This document shows positions 13,598 to 25,408 of a DNA stretch of 64,000 nt, one piece after another. The notes beneath the pieces were generated by a model. It did not search any database and was not told where the DNA came from. It saw nothing but the letters and a program-made list of their open reading frames with translations. This DNA is from Podarcis cretensis (lineage: Eukaryota). Within the stretch, counting starts at the first letter, position 1. Each line of letters starts with the position of its first letter. Location of the stretch: NCBI GenBank assembly GCA_951804945.1, contig OX638161.1:39742001-39806000 (forward strand), given 5' to 3'. The position numbers were made by a program, and so were the translations under genes.

Positions 13598-13742
13598 ATA
13601 TCCACACCATACATTTAAAGCACATAGCTTCCTCCAAAGAATCCTGGTAACTGTAGTTCAACACCATAGAGCTACAATTATCAAACTACAGTTCCCAGGA
13701 CTCTTTGGGGGAAGCCATATGCTTTAAATGTCTGGCATGGAT
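13598..13742. mobile_element. Palindromic MITE (ACTACAGTTCCCAG family)
   Basis: Arms CATTTAAAGCACATAGCTTCC..AAAGAATCCTGGTAACTGTAGTT and AACTACAGTTCCCAGGACTCTTTGGGGGAAGCCATATGCTTTAAATG are reverse complements. Related copies at about 35130-35250, 38280-38490 and 39095-39200. Confidence 0.65.
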
Positions 13743-14971
13743 GTTACCATCCTCTTCTAATGTTGGGGAGCACAATGGGATACAGAAAAGCAGGTAGCCT
13801 CTGGAGGATGTAGGGGCCAAGCCATGTAGGGTTTTAGAGCGGTCCCACTGCACTGGCTGACTTACTCTTGGGGGGACGGCGTCTCAAGAACTGCCTTGCA
13901 CATTAGGCTGGAAGGCACTTCTGTTTAGGAAGCAGGAAACCCGATGTAAATCATCACATATGATGATCACATACGCATGTGTTTTGTTTCGTACAGACAC
14001 AGCAGGAAACCATAGCCTCCAGTATAATGATCACACATATATTCATCTCCATGTGCACACCCTGGAATGCTATGGCCTTCGAGTGTATGTACAACCAACA
14101 ATTAATGTGATATGCAAGATCACCACATCTGATTATATGGACACAAGCTTCACAGTTTCTCTTCCAAATATGCACTTTCCACAAAGGAATGGTCAAATGT
14201 GAGACCCCTGCAAGAAAAAGGGGGAGGGGTGGGGAGTCAGCCACTTCAGAAAGTGAAAAAATAAAAACCTTCTTGTGGGTTCTTCAATTTGCCTCATTTT
14301 TGTAGTTACTTACAATGCCTCTTGCGTTTACCAACTTTCTGCATATATACTTAAACACAGAGAGAAAACTTTCAGAGTTTTAAAGTATCAGGAAATACTT
14401 AGATAAGAATCCCAAATACCCACCCTTTCTCCACCTCCCTTCTTTCCATGCAAGACAAAGATAAGAAGTTGTGTAGGACACAGCACTGCTATCACCACCC
14501 ATTTCCAGCCCAACCCCCTCCATTAACAAACTGCCCTAGATTTAAAAGAAAACTGGTCTAATTCGGCAAATGGCAATGTGGTGGGTTATAATGCAGCAGA
14601 TGTAAGATTTAGAAGCCAGGGGTTGGAGGCAGACTATGTTAGCTGAACCTACTTAGGTCTCACTGAAATCAATGGGAGAAGATAGTCAGACATGCTTAAT
14701 TCCCTCTGAAAACAATGGAACTTAAGTTCAACTAACTTTGTCTGGATCCAACCTCAGGTCTCCATGTTTCTCATACATGAGGAGTGGAATGCACTGCAAC
14801 AGGAAACAATGGAAGCCAAGTTCTCTGAAAGGAGGCAGAGTATTCTACTACAGCCACTTACATATCCCAATGCCTATCGCTGGAGTTATATTTAAAAATA
14901 CGGATTTTAGTAACAGTGCAGTGTCTGCCTTAAATGGGGCAATGAAGCAGAGGTCTGGGAACAATGGAATA

Positions 14972-15186
14972 CAGTGGTACCTCTGGTTACATACTTAATT
15001 CATTCCGGAGGTCTGTTCTTAACCTGAAACTGTTCTTAACCTGAAGCACCACTTTAGCTAATAGGGCCTCATGCTGCTGCCGCGCCGCCACAGTGCCATT
15101 TCTGGAGCAAAGTTCTTAACCTGAGGTACTATTTCTGGGCTACTGGAGTCTGTAACCTGAAGCGTATTTCACCTGAGGTACCACTG
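14972..15186. mobile_element. Tc1/mariner (Tigger-like) MITE
   Basis: TA|CAGTGGTACCTC ... GAGGTACCACTG|TA. Same family as 40009-40234, in the opposite orientation. Confidence 0.85.
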
Positions 15187-17149
15187 TACCAAGGATGAGG
15201 TAAAGAAAAGGAGGTAACAATGGAGGCATGGATAAAGTGAGACCAGGATCATCTAGGAGAGGGCTGCGAGGGCCTTAGTGGATTTCAGGGGTGTGGACTG
15301 GACTGAAAAAATGACAACAATGGAGGAATATAGCAGCAGGACAAGAAACCAAGGAGATTGAGGGTGGAGGGCTGTGAACTAGGGTTCCTCTGTCCTTGAG
15401 AGAGGAAATGGGAGTCTGGTGCATCATTTTAAACCCATAGCACTAGGAGGCAGAACTCCTGGGTTATGTAACTAAGCTTGCTAAGATACTTGGCAGCCAA
15501 GTTCCATTGTTGGTTTAACCCTATACATCTGGAAATGTCATGAATCTACCTCTCTCTTTTGAGGGGAGATTCCCATTAAACCCCACATGTAGAAGGCATT
15601 TTTAAGAAACACCATAACTCCAAGAAAGCCCTCCCCCCATTTTCATCCCCCTCCCCTGAACACTTTCCAAGTCAGGAATTGCCTGTTAATTCTCCACAAA
15701 GGGTCAATTCAAACACACAATAACTGAGGCAAAGCAGTTGTGCTGCAGGGACAGAGACACCTGAAAGTTTTTCAAGTGGTGGCACAGGGAAAAGAATGAA
15801 TGAAGAATATTTCAATTGGCTACATTCCCAGATGATAATTGCATCCTGTACGAAAAACATACAAATCAGGGAGGAGGCAGATGTAGTTAAGATGTTTGGG
15901 CTACACCCAGTGACATAGCCAGAGAGAGAGAAATAGAGGGCCAAGCAGAAATTTCAATATCAAGCCTGCAATGTTTTGTATAGATCCTTATCCCTCCTCA
16001 TCACTAGCGGAACAGAGTTAGTCATAAAAAGATGCACAGATAAGGAATTTTGCTTAATGCCAATGGGGCACAAGATAAAACTCTTTGTGCAGCAATTTGG
16101 GGGGGGGGTGTTTGTGTGCAAAATCACATCATCTCCCATTACAGAAGGATCTGGTTAAGCAGACCTGAGAATGACCTTTTCTTCATAACCCGAAGAGCTT
16201 CTGCCAGTTTACAGTTCAGGGCAGCAAAGTACTGCATAACCCTGGGCAAGAAATGGGTGGGAGGCAGCAGAGAGGGCTCTAACAGAAACTGTGGAAGTCC
16301 AGTCATTCCTCACACTGATGAGGAAGGGTACAAGATGCACCTGGGGCCTGCAGTGGGGGCAGGAGAAATATAACACATTTACCAGTCAGTGGTGGGTAAA
16401 AATAGTGTGTTGAGGTTCAAGAGTCACGCTGTGAGGGTTATACCTCTGCAATCTGTGGATGGAGCCAGAAATAAATCTGTTTGGGAAGGTGGTTATCACT
16501 CAGGTTTGAGTAACACTTTCTTCATCCATATTTTTTTTTAAGCATCGGAAGAGAAGGGTCATGGCTCAGACACAGAAAACATACTTTGCATTGCAAGGGT
16601 TGGACAAGATGACCCATGAGGTCCCTTCCAACTCTTCTTCTATGAAAAAGTCCCAGGATCAACCTATTCCATATTCAGGGAGGTCTGGGAAAGACCCATC
16701 TGAATCTCTGGGCAGTTGCTGCAAACCACTACTGTGACCTAAGTGGACTAATAGTCTGAAATGGTGTCAGGCAGTTTCCTAGACATTAATAAAATAGCAT
16801 GGGGGGGAGAACCAGGACGAGAAAACAGTGTGAGGGAAGGTGCTTGCAAGAGGCAGCAGGGTTGCAAGCCTGCAGTAAGTAGAAGAGCCCCCATCTATAT
16901 TGGGGTCGAGCTAGATTAGTAATGTGGAGTTGACCACCAAGGTAAAATGCAGGATGGGGTGGGAATCTGACTACATCTATGGGGAAAGCAGCGGATACAC
17001 GAGAGGTTTGAAGGCAACAGTAATCCGTACTAGGTTATAAGGTTAAAGATAAAAGTCAATGGATGGGATGACAATTCCAGCTTGAGGTTGGATGTGAATA
17101 TGAGTTGGCGGGGAGGGGAGCGAAGGGAGAAAAGTGACATAACGCAGGT

Positions 17150-18110
17150 TTCTGGTTGGGGGCCAGCTGTGAGGCTACTGGATGCAGGAGGAGAAGAGGG
17201 AGGGGGCGGAGGGAGCGGGTCGCGCAGGCGAACCGGGCGGGAGGGGGGCGAACCGCGTTCGCAGGGGCCGGCCGGGCGGGGCGGGGGGCGGCGAATCATG
17301 GGGCGGAAGTTAACCCAAGCGAGGGAGCGGGGCCGGGCTGGCGGGGAGGCCCCGGGGCCCAACCTATGCGGCCGAGCGGGGGGGGGGCGAGCAGGTCTGG
17401 CTCCAGGACGGCGCACTCACCGGTGTGTGGCGCTGCCCCAGCCTCCTCCGCGCCCCCGGCAGGGGCTGCTCCTTGTGCGGCAGGATTGGTGCTGGGGGGA
17501 AGCCCCCTGGCCCTCGCCTTGCCCCCAGCGGACGCGGGGGGCGTTTCTGGTCCCACTGGGGTGGGGGGTGGAGGGGGCACTGCCAGGCTGCAACTCACAC
17601 AGGCCCGGCCGGAACCGGAAACCTCCCTCCCCAAGGAAGAAGGCCGTTTCCTGCCCTCCCCTCGTACCCACAATCCTCTCCGCATTCCGACCTCCCCTCC
17701 CTCCGTTCCGTGGCCCAGAGGCCTTTGCGCGCGAGTGAGCGCGAGCGCGTGCTGGCTTCGGCTTCCTCCTCCGCTGCTGCTGGGGTAGCGTCGTATCCTG
17801 CCGCCTCCCCGCTCCCCGCTCCCCTTTGCTGCTGCAATTCAATGCCATGCAGAAATAGTGCCTCGTCAGGCGCTCCTCAGCGCGTGGCCCGACCCCGCAG
17901 CGGCTGTTTGCAGCCCTGTTGGGGTTGCCAGCTTGCCCGGTGTTGGTGTGCGTGTTTTCTGGGCATAGCCTCGCCGCCTTTAGCAGGTTGCTTGACAGGC
18001 AGAAAACAGCAGGAAAAAGCTTTTCCTGACATGGAGGCGAAGCGCTGAGAAGCCGCGTATTTGCCATATATCTGCCTGCCAGGCAACCGGCAAACGGCAC
18101 GGGAATTGGG
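17150..18110 (-). promoter_or_regulatory. ZNF865: CpG island promoter and non-coding exon 1 of ZNF865 (splice donor after 17421)
   Basis: Very GC/CpG-rich, with GC boxes, tandem CCGGAA ETS cores (about 17609-17621) and GCGC runs. Minus-strand donor CCG|GTGAGT at 17421/17420 pairs with the acceptor at 10982. Confidence 0.75.
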
Positions 18111-20966
18111 GTGAGCGATAGGAAGGATGGGGTTGCAGTTTTAATTTGTTGTTGTCTTGCTGAGTTATATTATTATGTTTATTTCTTGGAGTTTTTTAAT
18201 TGTATGTTGCCTGTGAATTGGTTTTATTCACACTTCTGGACACAATCCTGGAATTTTTTGATTTAGCTACAAATATTTTAAGTAAATGAATATTGTGGGG
18301 CATGACTGGCTCTAAAGTAAATGTCTGCGTACTTTCTAAATAGAAACTTGTCAGGCGGTAAGCCCCATTGGATTCAATATGACTGACTTCTGAGAAGACG
18401 TGGTTAGGATTGTGTTGCAAATTACTAAGAGCACTTCATGGAAAACAACAGCAAAAGGACCTGTGGCACCTTAAGAGCTTTTGCCACAACAGCTGACGCA
18501 AAATAACATTTCAACAGGCACACAATGAACCAGTGTGATACATCCTGCTTAATACAAAAATGTAATCTTCAGTTACCAGTACTTCTTTTAAAAAAATAAA
18601 ATCTAATGCCCTCAATGACCAACCAGCATTCAAGCAAGTGAATTGGAGAGTCAAATTGTTCACCCAACAGATTTTTCATTCTGCAACATCAACTCCACTT
18701 CAGTTTGATGAGTACTGCCAAGTGTGGGCTGCTAATGTGCACAGAGGAGGACTAAGGAGGAGCAGACTATGTCCCCATCCTCAGAAAAGCAGACTTAATC
18801 ACACAGAACAGCAAATTTCAGTCTACTTTACTCTCCTCACCTTAAGAGGTGCCACTGTGTGCTAGAATGGAAAAAGGGCTCACAATGCTAAACGTTTTGA
18901 AGTTTTGGCCCATAAAGTTGCTAAATAGATTTCCATTGGAGACTCCACAAAGGTTTGGTAAATTCCAGAAACTTACAATTCACATTTATGTATGATACAG
19001 ATATAGCCCACCTTATCAGTTAGCCTCAACCTCTGTAATCACTGCCACTGTATCCTCAGAACTGGTCCCTGAATTGTGACCATTATCTCAGGTTAGGAGA
19101 GAAGCCCAATTTTCTGCTCTGAAATGCTGGCACTACTGATAGCACTTTAAGCATGTGGAAACTGTAAGGAGGTACTTTTTAATAAATGCATTGATGCTTG
19201 TGAGGGGAAGCGTCCCTTCTCTGAAAGATAACTATCTAAAAAGTAGCAGGAAGATAAAACACAGAAGAAAAATTCTAGTTATATAGCTTACTCTTACGTA
19301 ATTTTGGCCCAGTGAAATTCCAACTGCTTGTAAACCATCTGCAGGCATGGCATCTAGCAAGGAGCCCTGACCCCGCTATTTTTATATTAAATATGTGTAT
19401 TACCAACACTCAGTCTTCCATATCCAGAAACACAGGAAACCTGAGGGGAATTTTATTTAGTCTGTTTATTTAAGGGTTGTTGTTTTTTTATCCCACCGTT
19501 CAGTCCCCAAACTGGGCCCTCAAGGCAGATTACATAATTTCTTAAATAAAAATACAGTTATAAATACAATAAATGTATAATAAAGGGACAGACCAGAACC
19601 TTTAGGTTTTAAATAGCTCTAATTTGAATGGTTCTCTTTGGATTTTGTTGTGCGTGTGGTTGGAGGAGGGGGGGGGAAAGAGAGTACTAAAGGTACGGAT
19701 AACCTCACCTCCAGCTCTTAGGACTCTTGTCTCTCTCTTTAAGGCGTGGTTGACACACATGCCTATTTATCATCTGAGGACTGGAGCATCAACTCTGCAT
19801 GTGTGAATCAGTGAGCCAAACAACCACAGGCAGAACTTCCATATCACTTCACACAGTGCCATTAAATAACAGATAATGGGCTGGGGTGTTTGTGAGCAAA
19901 CCTCCTCCCATGCAGCCTGCCATTTTGAGTGACAATGTTGTGTGGATAAAGGTCCTCATGGTGTCAGTTCCATCCTCACAGGGAACACCACAGGGCCATT
20001 TGTCTATCTTTAAATGTGGCATTAGCTTCCCAAAACAAAACCCCCCAAATAATCCAAACCAGCAGCCACCATGAGGTGTGGTGTGGACTGGACCAGTGGT
20101 TTAACAGATGTCTCTGGCTATCTCCCATAGGGGAGGGAAAACCCAGCTAGCATAAATAATACTGGCATGGAGTATTACAATGAGAGAATCCCAAATCCTA
20201 GCTTCCATAATTTTGTTTCTCTTTTTTAAGAGCTTCATATCCCCGTGGCTAAAAAGGAAAACAGTGATGCGACAGTGTGTTTCCATTTAATCCTTCAGCC
20301 TTCACGACAGCCAAGGCCTTGAGGCCCTTCTTAACAAAGATTCTGCTTGTAACAACCCAACTGTGTGCTCAAGGTGGTCTCCATGGCAACAAAGATAACT
20401 TGGAGGCCTGGGCATACAAGACAGCCTTGGAGGTAGTTCAAGGCAAAAGCTTGGCTCCATTCCTCCAGCTCACATGCCGCTTGCGGAGAGAGAGAGAGGG
20501 AGAGCCTTTGATGGGAAGAGAGGCAATCTTGTTGGATGGGCTGCAAGGCCTCCACGAGACAGGGCGCCATATTTTACAATGCTAGTCAGGTTTCAGACCT
20601 GGAACACACTGTCTTCATCTCTGGTGGCACTAGGGGGAGGAAATTAGCTGGGGGAAAGGGCTTTAAGTGGGTAGGCTCTCTCATATGTTTCAGGGGGCAA
20701 AATGGAAAACAAAGTTTGCTTGCTTATCCACCAGCTGCAATTTTGAGTGGCTTGCCAGGGCCAGCTACATCAGTGGAAGGGAGGACGAGATGATGATTAT
20801 TTTCAGAGCGGGTGTTTACACATTCTTCCCCTGCCTCTTGTAGTGTTGTCTATAGAGAATAGAAATGACCTTGATAACAGTACAGCTAGCATGAGCAAGA
20901 TTTTAGATATTGGCTTCCCTTTTTAAAGCTTAAAAAGGTGTGACTAATAGAGTAGGGATGGGAGAC

Positions 20967-21020
20967 TGTGTGTGTGTGTGTGTGTGCGCGTGTGTGTGTG
21001 TGCACGCGTGTGTGTGTGTG
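20967..21020. repeat. (TG)n microsatellite, interrupted
   Basis: Direct inspection. Confidence 0.9.
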
Positions 21021-21099
21021 CCACATTGCTAGTTTTAATTTGCCATTCTGCTGAAAATAGGCACTCTCACACATACATGCACCCTCTTGTCCACTCATT

Positions 21100-21240
21100 T
21101 CATAGAATTATAGAATTGTAGAGTTGGAAGGGACCACAAGGACCATCTAGTCCAACCCCCTGCAATGCAAGAATCTTTTGCCCAACACGTAGCTCAAACC
21201 CATGACCCTGAGATTATTTACTGACTGAGTTATCCCAGCT
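21100..21240 (-). mobile_element. tRNA-head / CR1-tail SINE
   Basis: CR1-type 3' tail (rc of ATTCTATGA, ATAGAATTGTAGAGTTGGAAGGGACC) joined to a degenerate tRNA-like head. Same family as 29036-29175. Confidence 0.6.
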
Positions 21241-23283
21241 TCTGTCCTCCCTCCCTCTCTCTCTCTCTCTCTCTCACACGACACACTTGTAATGAAGCCT
21301 TCTCTGCTCCCTGTTAGGCTTTTGATACAGGAAATTAGGCTTCAAGAGAAATTCTGGAGGTGCAAGCAGTGGTATCTACAAAAATGAATTTTTGAGTGCT
21401 CTCATAGCTCCTTATCTCATGCAGACTGTTCAACCCATGTCACCTCTTATCATCTGCAATTTAGAAAGGTGGGGGTCCACATCATTTTCAGTAGCATGGA
21501 GTGATACAACCAACCCTGCTTTCTCCAACTGCCACAAGGATGTTCATAAAGTTCTCATTTAGCATCAGCTTGGACAGACACCTTGTCAGACACACCACTT
21601 GAAACTGAATCAGTAACGGAATTATGTCATTAACAGTGAGCAGTGGACCTCCACTCTTGTTTCTCTCTGAGCTGCTGTAAACCACTGGTAGGAGTGTTTT
21701 GCAGTGCCATGAAGAAAACCACTTGATAGTGGCAGATCCATATGGGGAGCCACTGTGCATTCATAAGTTGTGACTGAGCAGCCAACAATTTCTCAAGCTG
21801 CTTCTACACTGCTTGTTACTTGTGTAATAAGAACTTGGTTTAGGAAAGGAATTGCAAGGAAGCAGCCATAAATGAAATGGGAGACTCAATCTGCAGTTAT
21901 GATTGTGAGGAAGGAAGAAAGGGGATGTTAGCTATTTTCATATTGACGTAACACAGAGTACAAGGATGTGACCTTGTAAGCAGGTCATTGAATGCTTGTG
22001 CAATCACGCACCTGGGCAAATCTCAGTTCAGATCAAGTGCAACAGCATAAAGACAGGAGAAAACATCCAACCCTCATGTACATCACATGCCAAATATATG
22101 TAAAATAATTAAAAAACTCCGGGTCACGGTAATATTACAGCGTGGTCTCAGTTTGCAGACATTGCCCCTTTTTGGATTCTAACCATTACTTGTATCAAAA
22201 GCCTACACTTTTTAAACAGAAATAATGGAGAATCACCATGCTGATTTCTCTCCCATCTGCAGCATGCTCACTCATACTCTTCCTCCCATGTGTTCTGCCC
22301 TGTAAGAGATGCCTTGTGTTTGATTAGGGAAGTCGCCTTCAAATTGTCAGACAGACATTGCCAAAGCTCAAATTCCCCTTTTGCTTCCCTCCAAATATAT
22401 CCTGATTGGGACACTGTCCAACACAAGGCAATTTGCTGCCAGAGGTGAAGGACAAGATGGCGCCTCCTCTCATTCCACTAAGTGGACTGGCAACTAACGG
22501 GGCGGCAGCCTCTACCATGCTTGAGGTCAGTAGGCTAGTTTAGAAGGTGCAGAGCAGGTTGTATGCCACACACAGATGTGACCTCCAACACTTCGATGCC
22601 ACTCTATCTCCCCATAATCTGCTGCTCCACTCTGCCTAATGGTAGGGCTAGCTCTTTTTGGAACCATTTAAAACAGCCAGTGGTGACTGCCGCACACTGG
22701 AACTGGTACAGCAGAAAGCAGAGAGCCCAAAAGTAGATGGAGCCAGAGCCAAACAATTGTCCCTATTCCTTTCCCCTGGTGAGTTCTACAAGGGCGAACA
22801 CAGAGACTAAGGAGGAGGAAGCTGCTACAGCCACCCCAGGCTGCTTGTATGTAAGAAGGCAGGCGGCTGGCAGCTGGCAGGAAGCAGACTATGGTTGGTG
22901 GGGTGTTGCCCTATTTGCCCTAATGGGGGCCTCCACTGAAAGCAGCCATGTTCTTTCCCAAAGAGAACATTGTGAGTTTATGTAAACTTGCTGCCTCCCA
23001 CTTCTTTTAATTTGCTAGGGGGGAAATTTTAGATGAGAAGCCCAAAAGTATATGGGTTGAACAGTCTACAAGTACAGTAGTGGGAAATGTAAGTTCTGTG
23101 AAGGGGCTTGAGATTCCTCACAGAATTTTCAACACTTTTCACAAAACATTGATGTCTCAAGACTTTAACCTTTGTGGTGCAGTGGTAGCACCGGCACATC
23201 TGCCCTGCTCATTCTTTGTCAAGATCTTGCTTCATGTGGCACTCTGGACCAGATGATGGCCTAACACCTCAGACCTAAACACA

Positions 23284-23289
23284 TTTATT
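23284..23289 (-). terminator. Candidate poly(A) signal (AATAAA) for ZNF524
   Basis: TTTATT on the plus strand, about 1 kb downstream of the ZNF524 stop codon. Confidence 0.4.
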
Positions 23290-24283
23290 TAAAAGTAATT
23301 CTGGCTGATTTGAATGCAATTTACTTGTAAGTGTATGTGCTTAGGACTGAGGTATTAAGTGCACATCATCTCTGGATGTTGAGAGGGAAACGGGAGAAAG
23401 CTGCAGTGTGTAGAAGGGAGGGATTGGGGCCTGTTGTGCTTCCCTTTGTCCTTCCTTTCAGTCCTTCACTTCCAGACATGTATTCAAATTGGATCTCTGA
23501 CTACACATTAGGATTTTGCCTCACACCTATCGAGAAGTGCACACACATATACACAAAGACATAGAACTCCACATGTACCCAGATTTTTCAATTCCCTCAA
23601 ACTCTAGACTCAAGCACGCACATTATGGGCTGAGGGAGAGATCTCCAAACCTTAGATCACACTTTTTGGAAAGATGGGGGCAGGGGAAGAACGAGGAAGG
23701 AGGAAAAAGGAGACAACTGCTCTTTTGCATATGTTAATTCATTGAAAAGTTTGCAAACTTGAAAATGCCCCACTGCATGGAGGAGCCAAGAAAGCAACTC
23801 AGAATGGGGCAAATAATCTTACAGAGGACCAACGTGTATCGGCATTTTGTTTGGTACAACCGGGAGAGGAGCACACATCACCCAGTGCCCATTCCTCTGG
23901 GAAACCACAAGAAACAGCAAATTCCCCAGTTTCATTTGCTATACTCTGCTACAGAGTTTAACACATAACACTGTTTCTCCAATCCCTCAACAGCTCCAGA
24001 TGTCATGATATAATTGTTGGAAGGAGGGGACAGTCATGTTTCCCTGTCCACCAGTAGCATTCTCCAGTCTTTGGTGATGCCCACCCATTGATACTTCAAA
24101 GGCCATAATATTCTAGAGCAGCTCTAGGAAATGGTCCTATCCTCAGTCTCATGCCCTCACTTGAGGGGGCGGGAAAAGTCTCAATGCAGTTACAGAGGTT
24201 TAAGTCCTTTTAGACAGTGGCAGGGCAGAGTACATGTCCCAGTCCCTGGTGCCCCCCGCCCCCCCCCCCTAGTTTTTGCATAT

Positions 24284-25408
24284 TTATGAGGGCTGGATCC
24301 CAGGCTTGTCTTTGTCCTTGCTGTGTTCTGTCTCTGGTATCTGTGACATAGCTACTGGAGTGCTTCCTGCCCCGCCTTCTGCAGCTTCTCCCCAGTGGCT
24401 CCCATCCCCGACCCAGTCCTCCACTGATTCGTTGGTCCAGCCACTCCCAAGTTCCTCCGGCCCCCAGTCACCGCTTCCCGCCACCACTTCTGATTCCCAG
24501 TCTCCTGCCGTTGTCCAGCTGCCGCCTCCCTCCTCGACGGAGCGCTGGTAGTAGGTCTCACGGGCATGCTTGCGCTTGGCGTGTCGGCGGAGGGTGTTGC
24601 GCTCCGTGAAGCGCAACCGGCAGATCTGGCACTGGTACGGCTTCTCCCCGGTGTGGACTCGCTGGTGGCGCAGGAGCTCCCCGGATTCCCGGAAGCCCTT
24701 GCGGCAGACCGGGCAACTGAAGGGCCGTTCGCCGGTGTGGATGTGCTTGTGCCTCTGAAGGTGCGAGGAGCGCTTGAAAGCCTTGCCGCACTCACGGCAC
24801 ACGTACGGCTTGCTCTCCGAATGGGTGATGCTGTGGCGCTCCAGGTCCGACTGGTACAGGAACGTCCGTAGGCAAATGGGGCAGAAGTACAGCTGCCGGG
24901 GTGGCGGGGCTGATGCCAATAGCTCGGGCTCAGAGGATTGCATCTGCCCAGCCTGCTCGACCTCTTGGCGGGACACAGTGTGGGGCACCCCCTCAGCATC
25001 AATCAACACCATGGACCCTTCATCTGCAGCGTCTCCCTCTCCTGGCGGATCAAGATGCTTGGAGGCCGGAGGGGAGGCCTGTGCATTGGACTGCCCCCCT
25101 CTGTGCCTGGTCAGCGCCGAATGCAGTTTGGGCCCCCACAGGGCAATGCTGTAGATCTCGGGATGAGAAGGCCTGTCCTCTAGGGCCGTGTGGTTCTGGG
25201 GGCTGTCATTGCTGAGTGGGGTCTGCATATAGTGAGCCCAAGGAACTGGGGGGCAGGTTTCTATCACCTGGTTTTCAAGCCCGACGCTGCCATGGTTTTC
25301 CGCTCGTGGCCAACTACTCCCGCCTGGCACCAGCACCCGAGCCTTTGCCTGCAGCTCCGCTGGATGCCCATCACCCCTGTCGACATGCCACCTGTGAGAT
25401 GGCTCCAT
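24284..25408 (-). CDS. ZNF524: Zinc finger protein 524 (374 aa, 4 C2H2 fingers, single coding exon)
   Basis: Motif VLIDAEGVPHTVS (ZNF524/580/581 family) precedes fingers FCPICLRTFLYQSDLERHSITH ... CRLRFTERNTLRRHAKRKH, which best fit ZNF524 as recalled. It lies directly upstream of ZNF865 on the same strand, as in mammals. There is an in-frame stop upstream and an acceptor TCTCCCGTCTCCGCAG| at 25451/25450. Confidence 0.85.
   Translation of the reverse strand: MEPSHRWHVDRGDGHPAELQAKARVLVPGGSSWPRAENHGSVGLENQVIETCPPVPWAHYMQTPLSNDSPQNHTALEDRPSHPEIYSIALWGPKLHSALTRHRGGQSNAQASPPASKHLDPPGEGDAADEGSMVLIDAEGVPHTVSRQEVEQAGQMQSSEPELLASAPPPRQLYFCPICLRTFLYQSDLERHSITHSESKPYVCRECGKAFKRSSHLQRHKHIHTGERPFSCPVCRKGFRESGELLRHQRVHTGEKPYQCQICRLRFTERNTLRRHAKRKHARETYYQRSVEEGGGSWTTAGDWESEVVAGSGDWGPEELGSGWTNESVEDWVGDGSHWGEAAEGGAGSTPVAMSQIPETEHSKDKDKPGIQPS

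Noticed and set aside
17030-18100. 200+ aa Pro/Arg/Gly-rich ORFs on both strands
   Set aside because: Stop-poor CpG-island sequence with low-complexity translations; explained as the ZNF865 promoter and exon 1.
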